Assembly (NCBI GenBank): GCA_963675515.1
Contig: OY776328.1
Coordinates: 870,001 to 902,000, forward strand
Source of the DNA: Coprobacillaceae bacterium
GTDB taxonomy: Bacteria; Bacillota_I; Bacilli_A; Erysipelotrichales; Coprobacillaceae
Reading direction: 5' to 3'
DNA length: 32,000 bases
Positions 19,229 to 29,575 of the stretch are shown here, piece after piece. Each line of letters begins with the position of its first letter. Within the stretch, counting starts at the first letter, position 1. The notes beneath the pieces are model-generated. The model searched no databases. It saw only the letters and a program-made list of their open reading frames with translations, and was not told the DNA's origin. The translations under genes and the position numbers were made by a program.

Positions 19229-19257
19229 TTGACATTATTTAAGTAAAACAATATAAT
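19229..19257 (+). promoter_or_regulatory. consensus sigma-A promoter of galE-galR with operator O3 in the spacer
   Basis: TTGACA (19229-19234), a 17-nt spacer, then TATAAT (19252-19257). The spacer ttatttaaGTAAAACaa (19235-19251, centred at 19243, 22 bp from O2) carries a perfect TAAAAC half-site. Confidence 0.75.
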
Positions 19258-19283
19258 GATGATGAAGAAAGGAGGAAAGGAAA

Positions 19284-20258
19284 ATGAGCATCTTAATTTT
19301 AGGTGGTGCCGGTTATATCGGCAGCCATACCGTATATGCGTTGATTGAAAAAGGTGAAAATGTGGTTATCGTTGATAATCTCCAGACCGGGTTCAGGAAG
19401 TTGGTCCATCCTAAAGCGAAGTTTTATCTTGGTGACGTCCGCGACAAGGCCTTTATGGCAAATGTCTTCGAACAGGAAGATATAACGGGTGTAATTCATT
19501 TCTGCGCAAATTCTCTGGTTGGGGTAAGCATGATCGAACCTCTGGATTATTATGACAATAATCTGTTTGGAATGATCTGCCTGCTGGAAACCATGCGCGA
19601 CTATGGTGTCAAACATATCGTATTTTCATCAACAGCGGCTGTTTATGGGGAACCCAAACACGTTCCCATTTTGGAAGAAGATTCGACCATTCCAACCAAT
19701 CCTTATGGTGAAACCAAGCTGGCTATGGAAAAAATGATGCGCTGGTGTGATAAAGCATATGGAATCACATGGGTGGCTCTGCGTTATTTCAATGCCTGCG
19801 GCGCCCATGAAAACGGACTGATTGGCGAATTGCATGATCCAGAAACCCATCTGATTCCAATTGTGTTGCAAGTTGCCCAGGGCAAAAGGGATACCATCAG
19901 GGTTTTTGGAGATGACTATGAGACCGATGATGGAACCTGCATCAGGGACTACATCCATGTCAATGATTTGGCGGATGCCCATATCAAGGCGATGAATTAC
20001 CTGTATGAAAATGGGCGAAGCGAAATCTTCAACTTGGGTAACGGCACCGGTTATTCGGTTCTGGAAATCATCGAAGCTTCAAAAAAGATTACAAAAAAAC
20101 CGATTCATGTTACAATGGATTTACGACGTCCCGGAGATCCGGCAAAACTGGTCGCCAACAGCAACAAAGCCAAATCCGTTCTTGGATGGCAACCTCGATA
20201 CACCGATATCGAAGAGATTATTGCGACGGCCTGGAATTTTTACGTCAATAACCAATAA
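19284..20258 (+). CDS. galE: UDP-glucose 4-epimerase
   Basis: 324 aa, with the Rossmann motif GGAGYIGSH and the catalytic YGETK (YxxxK). RBS is AGGAGG. Confidence 0.94.
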   Translation: MSILILGGAGYIGSHTVYALIEKGENVVIVDNLQTGFRKLVHPKAKFYLGDVRDKAFMANVFEQEDITGVIHFCANSLVGVSMIEPLDYYDNNLFGMICLLETMRDYGVKHIVFSSTAAVYGEPKHVPILEEDSTIPTNPYGETKLAMEKMMRWCDKAYGITWVALRYFNACGAHENGLIGELHDPETHLIPIVLQVAQGKRDTIRVFGDDYETDDGTCIRDYIHVNDLADAHIKAMNYLYENGRSEIFNLGNGTGYSVLEIIEASKKITKKPIHVTMDLRRPGDPAKLVANSNKAKSVLGWQPRYTDIEEIIATAWNFYVNNQ

Positions 20259-20273
20259 GAAGGAGATCGGTTT

Positions 20274-21272
20274 ATGGCAACCCTGAAAGACGTTGCAAAT
20301 GAAGCTCAAGTTTCGTCAGCGACTGCATCAAGAATTTTGAACAACGACAGCACTTTGAATGTCTCGCAAGACACCCGCCAAAAAGTGTTTGACGCGGCTC
20401 GAAAACTAAATTATAACAAAAAGAGAAAGAGTGCTTTGAAGAGCAGCTTTACCATTGGTATAGCCCAGTGGTATTCACTCCAGCAAGAAATAGATGATCC
20501 CTATTATCTTTCCATTCGCCAAGGGGTGGAGGAATTTTGTAAAAGAAACAATATCGCTGTTGTCAGAGCATTCAAAGACGATCTTAATTATCAAAACAAC
20601 CTGACTGACGTTGATGGGCTGGTTTGCATCGGAAAATTCAGTGATGAAGAAGTCGGGGAATTCGAAGCGATGAATGAGAATATCATTTTCCTGGATATGG
20701 AAAATGAGAATATCAAGTCGAAAACAATTACCCTTGATTTCCAGCAAGCCATAAAGACAGCATTAGATTATTTTGTAGAATTGAATCATAACAATATCGG
20801 TTATTTAGGAGGAAAGGAACGGCTTGGGGATGATACTTACTATCATGATGTCCGCAAGGAAATATTTGTAGAATATTGTCAAAACAATAAGATCCATTAT
20901 CTCCCTTACACTTTGGAGGGTGAATTTACCAGCGAATCCGGTTATGCGATGATGAGCGAACTGATAGAGAAAAATCAGCTCCCTGAGGCGATACTTACCG
21001 GAAGCGACCCGATTGCAATCGGAGCGATGCGCTCTTTGCATGACCATGGTATAGAAATCCCCAAAGATATTTCAATTATTGGGTTTGATGATATCCCTTT
21101 AGCAAGTTTCTCCAATCCACCGCTCACAAGCGTTTTTGCTCCGGCCCAGGAAATGGGAGAGTTGGGAGCATCAGTCGTTTATCACTTGAAAGACATGAGT
21201 ATGCCGTTTAAAATAACACTTCCATGTAAACTTAATGTGCGAGATTCATGCATTAAAAGAGGTACCGAATAA
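20274..21272 (+). CDS. galR: LacI-family transcriptional regulator (probable galactose repressor)
   Basis: It has the N-terminal LacI HTH ATLKDVANEAQVSSATASRILNN and a sugar-binding-fold C-terminal domain. It starts 15 nt after the galE stop, with RBS AAGGAG. Confidence 0.85.
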   Translation: MATLKDVANEAQVSSATASRILNNDSTLNVSQDTRQKVFDAARKLNYNKKRKSALKSSFTIGIAQWYSLQQEIDDPYYLSIRQGVEEFCKRNNIAVVRAFKDDLNYQNNLTDVDGLVCIGKFSDEEVGEFEAMNENIIFLDMENENIKSKTITLDFQQAIKTALDYFVELNHNNIGYLGGKERLGDDTYYHDVRKEIFVEYCQNNKIHYLPYTLEGEFTSESGYAMMSELIEKNQLPEAILTGSDPIAIGAMRSLHDHGIEIPKDISIIGFDDIPLASFSNPPLTSVFAPAQEMGELGASVVYHLKDMSMPFKITLPCKLNVRDSCIKRGTE

Positions 21273-21506
21273 TTTCCGGCATCAAAAGAAATGCCAAAAA
21301 TCAATCATTTCCATATAATCTCTCAATTTTTTATAACAAAACTGCGGCTTGGATTGGCGATAATCCCCTTCCGGGTCATAAGGATGCAAATCCAATTATT
21401 ATCATCCATGATTAAAATTAATAGTTACAGACAAGCTGGTTTCGACATTCCATCGTGATCAGCTTTTAAATTCAGGTCTGTAATCGGATCCTTACAAACG
21501 GAAGAT

Positions 21507-21534
21507 TTGAAATTTCATGCAAAATTGCTATAAT
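21507..21534 (+). promoter_or_regulatory. putative sigma-A promoter of the second AraC gene
   Basis: TTGAAA (21507-21512), a 16-nt spacer, then TGcTATAAT (hexamer 21529-21534). This lies about 120 nt upstream of the ATG at 21654. Confidence 0.55.
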
Positions 21535-21653
21535 TATGGTGGTGGCATTACATATAAAACTATTTTCTAGAACCGGTATTGAACCAGGATAATATTAGAG
21601 GCGAAATATTGGTGATTGTTGACTTTTTGCTTTAATGAACTGGAGGAATATAT

Positions 21654-22520
21654 ATGAATTCATATTTGGAAGGCGAGAACATCTCGCTGGAAGATCTTTA
21701 TCTTGAGGTGGAAAACAAGTCGTTTGAAGATCTGTATTTGAAGTTTTGCGGAATGGAAAAGTGTGACCCAAATTATTCATACGGACCGGCCGTAAGATCT
21801 TTTCCCTTGATTCATTACTGTCTTGAAGGAAAAGGTAAATTCTATGTCAATGACAAGGTTTATCAGATCAACAAAGGTGATGCATTTTTGATAATGCCGG
21901 ATGTAGTTACTTTTTATCAGGCTGACAGCGAGGATCCCTGGACGTACCTATGGATCAGCTTTTCCGGTTCCAAAACCCAGCAGTATCTCAAAAGATGCAA
22001 TCTTGATGAGAAAAATCCGGTCACTCACTGTGAATATGCCGATGAGCTTGTAGAAGCGACCAAAGCCATTATCAAGCACAACAAGTTGAGCTACAGCAAT
22101 GAGCTTTTTATTCAGGGGCAGATGTTCATTTTCTTCAGTTATCTGGCAAAAAGCGCCAATGTGCCATATGACCAGGAGGCGCCCAAGGATTACAATGTCT
22201 ATGTCAACAAGGCGATTGAATATATCCAAAACAATTATCAAAACATGGTCACCGTCAAGGAGCTCGCTGATTATCTGTCCTTGAACCGGAGTTATCTGAC
22301 CACCCTGTTCAAAAAACATCTCAAGATTTCTCTTCAGGAATTTTTGTTGCAGTACCGGATGGTGCGGGCCGAAGAACTGCTTCGGAAAACCGACATGCCA
22401 ATCAGCCAGGTGGCCTATTCATGCGGGTATTCGAACCAGCTGTCGTTTTCCAAGTCTTTCAACAATACCCACCAGATATCGCCAAGGGATTATCGCAAGC
22501 AATACCGGGTTCAAAAATGA
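21654..22520 (+). CDS. AraC-family transcriptional regulator, paralog of the msmR-like gene at 8273-9130
   Basis: 288 aa, and collinear by eye with the first AraC protein. Shared strings include SFEDLYL.FCGME.C.P.YSYGPAVR, IHYCL.GKGKF.VN, PWTY.WI.F.G and KLSYSNE..IQG. The C-terminal AraC HTH is present. RBS is GGAGG. Confidence 0.88.
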   Translation: MNSYLEGENISLEDLYLEVENKSFEDLYLKFCGMEKCDPNYSYGPAVRSFPLIHYCLEGKGKFYVNDKVYQINKGDAFLIMPDVVTFYQADSEDPWTYLWISFSGSKTQQYLKRCNLDEKNPVTHCEYADELVEATKAIIKHNKLSYSNELFIQGQMFIFFSYLAKSANVPYDQEAPKDYNVYVNKAIEYIQNNYQNMVTVKELADYLSLNRSYLTTLFKKHLKISLQEFLLQYRMVRAEELLRKTDMPISQVAYSCGYSNQLSFSKSFNNTHQISPRDYRKQYRVQK

Positions 22521-22560
22521 CCGGATGCCATGCTCTAGCATAATCTGATCCGGTTTTCTT
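22520..22560 (+). terminator. probable terminator after the second AraC gene
   Basis: ACCGGAT (22520-22526) pairs with ATCCGGT (22548-22554) and is followed by TTTTCTT. The hairpin overlaps the stop codon. Confidence 0.5.
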
Positions 22561-22829
22561 ATTCCATGATGGTGTTATTTCGGACTTAGATATTTTAAAA
22601 AATTGAATTAATTTCCTAGATCCAGGTCTGGTTGCCATAGTATTCGGTATCCGGACCTTTTCGTTTGCCAGAAATATTGTCCGATGGACCGGCTGAAATT
22701 TTTCTTGAACGGATAATATAATGGTGAAGGGAATTACCAAGTTCCAATGATTTCACTTTATCCATAATGGAAAATGGAGCGAGGTGCGGATGCCATTTGT
22801 AAAAACTTCAATAAATTTCCAATTTTCTG

Positions 22830-25094
<2,265 letters not shown>

Positions 25095-25198
25095 ATTAGG
25101 TGCTATAAGTATCTTCAAGTGTTACAATGTGGTAAAGAGTGGCGCTTACAATATTTTATCCGATAAATTTGAAACTGGAAAAGAAAGGAATCAATATT

Positions 25199-26029
25199 AT
25201 GAAAACATGGTTAATTACGGGATGTTCAAGCGGGATTGGAGCCGGAATCGCTCAGGCGGTCCTGGAACAGGGCGACAACGCGATCATCACGGCTCGCAAT
25301 ACAAGCAGTCTTGATGAATTGGTGGCCAGATACCCGGACAATGCTCTGGCCCAAAAGCTGGATATCACTTCCAAAGAAGATATCGCCAATACGGTCAAAA
25401 ACGGGGTGGACAAGTTTGGCACGATCGATTTTCTCATCAACAATGCCGGGTACGGTTACCGCTCTTCAGTCGAAGAGGGTGATCCCAAAGACGTGGAACT
25501 GCTTTTCGATACGAATTTCTTCGGTCCGATCGAGCTGATCAAGGAAGTGCTGCCGATCATGAGAGCCCAAAAAAGCGGTTCGATCATCAACGTCTCATCA
25601 ATAGCGGCGGCCCGCTCGGCAGTCGGTTCCGGCTACTATGCGGCATCGAAAGCGGCACTTGAATTGATGACAAACGGATTGGTAAAGGAACTTGCCCCGC
25701 TAGGCATCAAGGCGATGATTGTCGAACCCGGAGCGTTCAGGACCCGTTTCTATGACACGTCGCTTAAAGGCACTTCAATCAAGATCGGTGACTATGATGA
25801 GACCGCAGGAAAGTCAAGAAAAGAAAATATCGTCAACCTGGAAAACCAGCCTGGTGATCCGGCTAAAGCGGGAAAAGTCATCGTGGAAGTGGCCCAGATG
25901 GAAGAATATCCATTCCGGCTGCTGCTTGGTAGCGATGCGGTGAGAATCGTATCCGAAGAAATGGAATCACGCCTGAAGGAAATCGCGGACTGGAAAGAAA
26001 TATCAGTCAAGACCGATTACGACAAATAA
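25199..26029 (+). CDS. short-chain dehydrogenase/reductase (classical SDR)
   Basis: The start is chosen at MKTWLITGCSSGIGAGIA, which contains the TGxxxGIG cofactor motif. NNAG and the catalytic YYAASKAAL (YxxxK) are present. A purine-rich AAAGGAA stretch lies upstream of the ATG. Confidence 0.9.
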   Translation: MKTWLITGCSSGIGAGIAQAVLEQGDNAIITARNTSSLDELVARYPDNALAQKLDITSKEDIANTVKNGVDKFGTIDFLINNAGYGYRSSVEEGDPKDVELLFDTNFFGPIELIKEVLPIMRAQKSGSIINVSSIAAARSAVGSGYYAASKAALELMTNGLVKELAPLGIKAMIVEPGAFRTRFYDTSLKGTSIKIGDYDETAGKSRKENIVNLENQPGDPAKAGKVIVEVAQMEEYPFRLLLGSDAVRIVSEEMESRLKEIADWKEISVKTDYDK

Positions 26030-26097
26030 CATAAGGCTGACCGGAGGTCAAATCCCGGCCAGCTTTCTTTGTAGAAAGCGCAGATAAGGAGAAAACT

Positions 26098-26601
26098 ATG
26101 AATAGGAATCTGATCGTATATTTCTCAAGAAACGGCAACAATTATGTCAACGGCCGAATCGTGAGCCTGGAAGTTGGCAACACCAAAATTGCCGCCAAGC
26201 TGATCCAGGACCTCATTGGCGGTGATCTGTTCGAGATCGTTCCGGTTGAAAAATACAGCGATGATTATGACACCTGCACCCGGGAAGCCAAAGCCCATCT
26301 CAATTCTAAGGCTCGGCCGGACTTTGTCGACCCCCTCGAGGATATTACCGAATATGACATCATCTATCTAGGCTACCCCAACTACTGGGGAACGATGCCG
26401 GTCCATGTCATGACATTTCTGGAACGCTACGATTTTTCCGGAAAGGTCATCAGACCGTTTTGCACCCATGAAGGCAGTGGAATGGGCTACTCGGTCAAAG
26501 ACATCAAGAAGATGTGCCCCGGGGCCCTGGTGGAAAAAGGCCTGGCCATCACCGGAGGCACAGTAAACAATGCCCGTAATTCCCTGGAAAAATGGATCTA
26601 A
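26098..26601 (+). CDS. flavodoxin-like protein
   Basis: 167 aa. The N-terminus NLIVYFSRNGNNY and YPNYWGTMP are typical of the short flavodoxin-fold family found next to reductase genes. RBS is AAGGAG. Confidence 0.8.
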   Translation: MNRNLIVYFSRNGNNYVNGRIVSLEVGNTKIAAKLIQDLIGGDLFEIVPVEKYSDDYDTCTREAKAHLNSKARPDFVDPLEDITEYDIIYLGYPNYWGTMPVHVMTFLERYDFSGKVIRPFCTHEGSGMGYSVKDIKKMCPGALVEKGLAITGGTVNNARNSLEKWI

Positions 26602-26620
26602 GTCAAATCCGATACCCCAA

Positions 26621-26654
26621 ATCATCCTGAATCGTTCAGGGTGATTTTTCTTTT
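26621..26654 (+). terminator. Rho-independent terminator after the flavodoxin gene
   Basis: ATCATCCTGAAtcgTTCAGGGTGAT forms an 11-bp stem with one G-U pair, followed by TTTTTCTTTT. Confidence 0.85.
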
Positions 26655-26658
26655 GAAT

Positions 26659-26676
26659 CTTTTCCATATGGAAAAG
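26659..26676. repeat. 18-bp perfect palindrome
   Basis: CTTTTCCATATGGAAAAG lies immediately after the flavodoxin terminator and about 25 nt left of the candidate IS boundary. Confidence 0.9.
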
Positions 26677-26700
26677 TATAATAACCGAATCAACTATGCG

Positions 26701-28322
26701 AAATTGACATAGTTGGTATTTGATATAGGCATTAGACATAGTGACTTTTCTTGATATAATAAGGGTGTAAATAAAAGTATCCGAGGAGCTAACTATATTT
26801 AAATCAAGTGTTTTTTGATAATTAGCTGAATTTATTGTTAGATTTTTGAAAAGTGAATTTGTGTACACTGAAAACAACCACACAGTGGCCTTGGAATTTA
26901 TTTTACAGTTGTAAATTATTTGAGTTCCGATTCGTCAAACGTGATGTTTTCAGATAACAGTTTATAAATTACTCTTATTAGTTTTCTAATCGAATGTCCT
27001 TGAGCGCAGCGATGTGATTTACCTTGAGAACGTTTTAGGTTATAATAACTATTGAAAGTGGAGTTGTGGGTGCATACTGGAAGAATGCATTGGTAAAGTG
27101 TCTTTCTCAAATAACGTGAACCACGTTTTGACAAAGCAGTTTGTGGGGCGTTGTATTCTCCGGATTGATATATTCCGGGATCAACACCTGCAAAACCGAT
27201 AACTTTAGCTGGGGAGCTAAAATTGTCGAGATCCCCAATTTCACTTAATATTGACATTCCTGAGTATATACCAATGCCAGGGATAGTAAAGATAGGAGAA
27301 TTTAGTGCGATGGCTAGTTCTTCTATTTTTTTATCCACTATTTCCAAGTGCTGCTCAGATAAATCAAGGGATTCAATAAGCATTTTGATTTCCATGGTAA
27401 TTATTTCGTTGTTCTCGCCGATTGATTGTTTAGCTGCTTCGCGAATTGCCAAGGCATCAACCTTCACAGTTCTACCTTTTCCTTGTTGCCGCAAGACATT
27501 TTTAAGATGAGCAAGATTGGCATTGGCTAGATTGTATGAGTTCCCAAACTCTCTTAAAATAGCCATGTAAGCCCGAGAATACTTGGTTTTGAACCAACTG
27601 TTTATTTCAGGAATTACGGTATCAATGCACTTTTGAAGTCTGTTTTTAAGCTGGTTGATATCTTCAGTAAGTGTTGCGTGATACCGGGTAAGTTCTTTGG
27701 CTTGTTTCAATGCCAACTTGCGTTTTGTAACCTTGGTGTAGTTCTTGTCGAACAGCACAGAGCAGATCAGGAAAGTATCTTTCTTATCGTTTTTGGTCTT
27801 CCTGATTTTTCCACGACGCTTGGCATCAGTTGTCAAAGGATTTATCATCCCGACTTCGTAGCTGTTTGATACTAGAAAATTTACGATATTGTCACCGTAG
27901 TGACCTGTCGCCTCTAGTCCGACAATATGCCTTGAAGAATTGAATTTTCTTGTGTTTTTAAGAAATAAGTCAAATCCATTACGGCTATTGGTGAAGAAAA
28001 AAGGTTCGACCAACACTTCGCCATTTGAGTCAACAACGCAGGCACAGTGTTTGAATTTACCTACGTCAATACCGATGTAATACATGATAACACGTCCTTT
28101 CGTAATAGGTGAGATGTGATATATCCACATACAAGGTATCAAAGATCCTGGTGCAAAATACAAGTTCAAAGACTTATCTAACTAATTTCAATTCAGATAC
28201 GAAGATGTGGCAATTTCCTCCTCGAGGTAGTCAAGCTACAGGAATAAAACATCAAAGTACACATTCACAATTCAATTCTATAACAAAAATAAAAGAAAGG
28301 AAAATGTATATCATAAATTGAC
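26701..28322 (-). mobile_element. IS110-family insertion sequence (boundaries approximate)
   Basis: It contains a DEDD/IS110-type transposase gene. The segment is AT-rich: the 60-nt line at 26761 has 17 G+C, versus 38 in the line at 24241. It sits between a terminator and the next promoter. The octamer AAATTGAC occurs at 26701-26708 and again at 28315-28322, bracketing about 1.6 kb. No terminal inverted repeats are seen, as expected for IS110. Confidence 0.7.
26916..28085 (-). CDS. IS110-family transposase/recombinase (DEDD RuvC-like N-domain plus Transposase_20 C-domain)
   Basis: The start is chosen at MYYIGIDVGKFKH (first D). GLEATGHYG (E) and KNDKKDT (D..D) are present. The C-domain reads IPGIGIYSGMSILSEIGDLDNFSSPAKVIGFAGVDPGIYQSGEY...SKRGSRYLRKTLY. 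An AAGGA RBS lies upstream. The 28-codon upstream extension in the ORF track is unsupported. Confidence 0.92.
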   Translation of the reverse strand: MYYIGIDVGKFKHCACVVDSNGEVLVEPFFFTNSRNGFDLFLKNTRKFNSSRHIVGLEATGHYGDNIVNFLVSNSYEVGMINPLTTDAKRRGKIRKTKNDKKDTFLICSVLFDKNYTKVTKRKLALKQAKELTRYHATLTEDINQLKNRLQKCIDTVIPEINSWFKTKYSRAYMAILREFGNSYNLANANLAHLKNVLRQQGKGRTVKVDALAIREAAKQSIGENNEIITMEIKMLIESLDLSEQHLEIVDKKIEELAIALNSPIFTIPGIGIYSGMSILSEIGDLDNFSSPAKVIGFAGVDPGIYQSGEYNAPQTALSKRGSRYLRKTLYQCILPVCTHNSTFNSYYNLKRSQGKSHRCAQGHSIRKLIRVIYKLLSENITFDESELK

Positions 28323-28346
28323 TACTAGATAAGTCATTTATAATAT
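28318..28346 (+). promoter_or_regulatory. putative promoter of the second MFS gene
   Basis: TTGACT (28318-28323), a 17-nt spacer, then TAATAT (28341-28346). The -35 box overlaps the right copy of the AAATTGAC repeat at the candidate IS junction. Confidence 0.4.
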
Positions 28347-28359
28347 ACCAGGAATGACT

Positions 28360-29532
28360 ATGAACAATAGAATTTTAAGATATGCACTGTTGTCGGCGTC
28401 GCTGATGGTCGGAAGCGCACCTGCAATCAATGCCAATATCCCGGCTATGGCGGAACATTTTTCCAATGTGCCTCTTTCAACTGTGGAAATGCTCACAACG
28501 ATGCCTTCACTGTTTTTGATGATCGCCGTATTGTTGAGCAGCTTCATCGCTAGGAAGATCGGCTACAAACAGACAATCATGATCGGTTTGGGGATGGCGG
28601 CAGTTGCCGGTGTCGCTCCGTTGCTTGTCGATAACATCTGGATCATCCTGGTCAGCCGGGGAATGCTTGGGTTTGGAATCGGGCTGTTCAACTCGCTGCT
28701 GGTGTCGATGATTAACTACTTCTATGAACCGGGACAACGCTCGGCCATGTACGGTCTGCAGACGGCATTCGAAGGGGCCGGTGGGATCACGATCACCCTG
28801 ATCGCCGGGCAGCTGGTAAAGATCAACTGGCAGGCACCGTTTTATGCCTACCTGATTACCGTTCCGGTTTTCCTGGTCTATCTGATGTTGGTACCCAGAC
28901 CAAAAACCGAAGATGTCCTGGCGGTAAATGCCCATAAGAAAAACGGCGAAGTCACCGGACATGGCCACACTCTGGCACTTGCCGGTAATGTCTTCCTGTT
29001 GTTTGTGGCGGCGATGCTCTATATGACATATGGCATCAAGATCGCTTCACTGATTTCAACAGTCGGATATGGGGCACCTAGCGATGCGAGCTTTGTCATC
29101 ATGTTCCTGTCGCTTGGGGGAATCGCAGCGGGAATATTCTTTGGCAAGATCATCCGGGTCACAAAGGAGTACTCGGCTACAGTCGGTCTGGGAATCCTGG
29201 CTATCACCATGGTCCTGTTCAGTGTGAGCCAATCATTGATACTGACCTTCTTTGGCGGTTTGCTTTCAGGGATTGGATTCAAGATCTTCATGCCGGCCCT
29301 TATCGACAAGATCAACAAGTCAACGGTCTACAACAAATCACTGGCGACATCACTTTTGCTTGTCGGGTTCAATCTCGGGGCCTTCCTGTCGCCATATGGC
29401 AGCATGGTGCTGGCGGCGATTGCCGGAAAATCAGGATTGCCAGGCCTGTTCCTGGTGGATGGTGTCTGCTTCGGGATCCTCACAGCCATCACGCTGCTCA
29501 TAACGATATTCAAGGGGAGAAAAACAGCCTAG
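28360..29532 (+). CDS. MFS transporter
   Basis: About 390 aa with about 12 hydrophobic segments. Two in-frame ATGs occur at 28354 and 28360. AGGA at 28350-28353 is spaced better for 28360. Confidence 0.85.
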   Translation: MNNRILRYALLSASLMVGSAPAINANIPAMAEHFSNVPLSTVEMLTTMPSLFLMIAVLLSSFIARKIGYKQTIMIGLGMAAVAGVAPLLVDNIWIILVSRGMLGFGIGLFNSLLVSMINYFYEPGQRSAMYGLQTAFEGAGGITITLIAGQLVKINWQAPFYAYLITVPVFLVYLMLVPRPKTEDVLAVNAHKKNGEVTGHGHTLALAGNVFLLFVAAMLYMTYGIKIASLISTVGYGAPSDASFVIMFLSLGGIAAGIFFGKIIRVTKEYSATVGLGILAITMVLFSVSQSLILTFFGGLLSGIGFKIFMPALIDKINKSTVYNKSLATSLLLVGFNLGAFLSPYGSMVLAAIAGKSGLPGLFLVDGVCFGILTAITLLITIFKGRKTA

Positions 29533-29575
29533 TTTATCTCTCTTTTTCCCTATATAATGAAAGAAGGTGATGAAT

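Noticed and set aside
11447-20258. Possibility that the second ABC transporter plus galK/galT/galE is a lacto-N-biose/galacto-N-biose (LNB/GNB) cluster
   Set aside because: No GH112 phosphorylase and no APH-type N-acetylhexosamine kinase is present. The kinase here has GHMP galactokinase motifs and the uridylyltransferase is the ordinary long GalT type.
22624-22665. Second terminator-like hairpin GGTCTGG...CCGGACC followed by TTTTCGTTT downstream of the AraC terminator
   Set aside because: The stem is 7 bp with a G-U pair and the loop is 19 nt. Nothing is encoded between it and the preceding terminator. It is too weak to call.
26368-26883. 171-aa ORF on the - strand
   Set aside because: It is antisense to the flavodoxin gene, runs through that gene's terminator and the 18-bp palindrome, and has no RBS. 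It is an artefact of the AT-rich IS flank.
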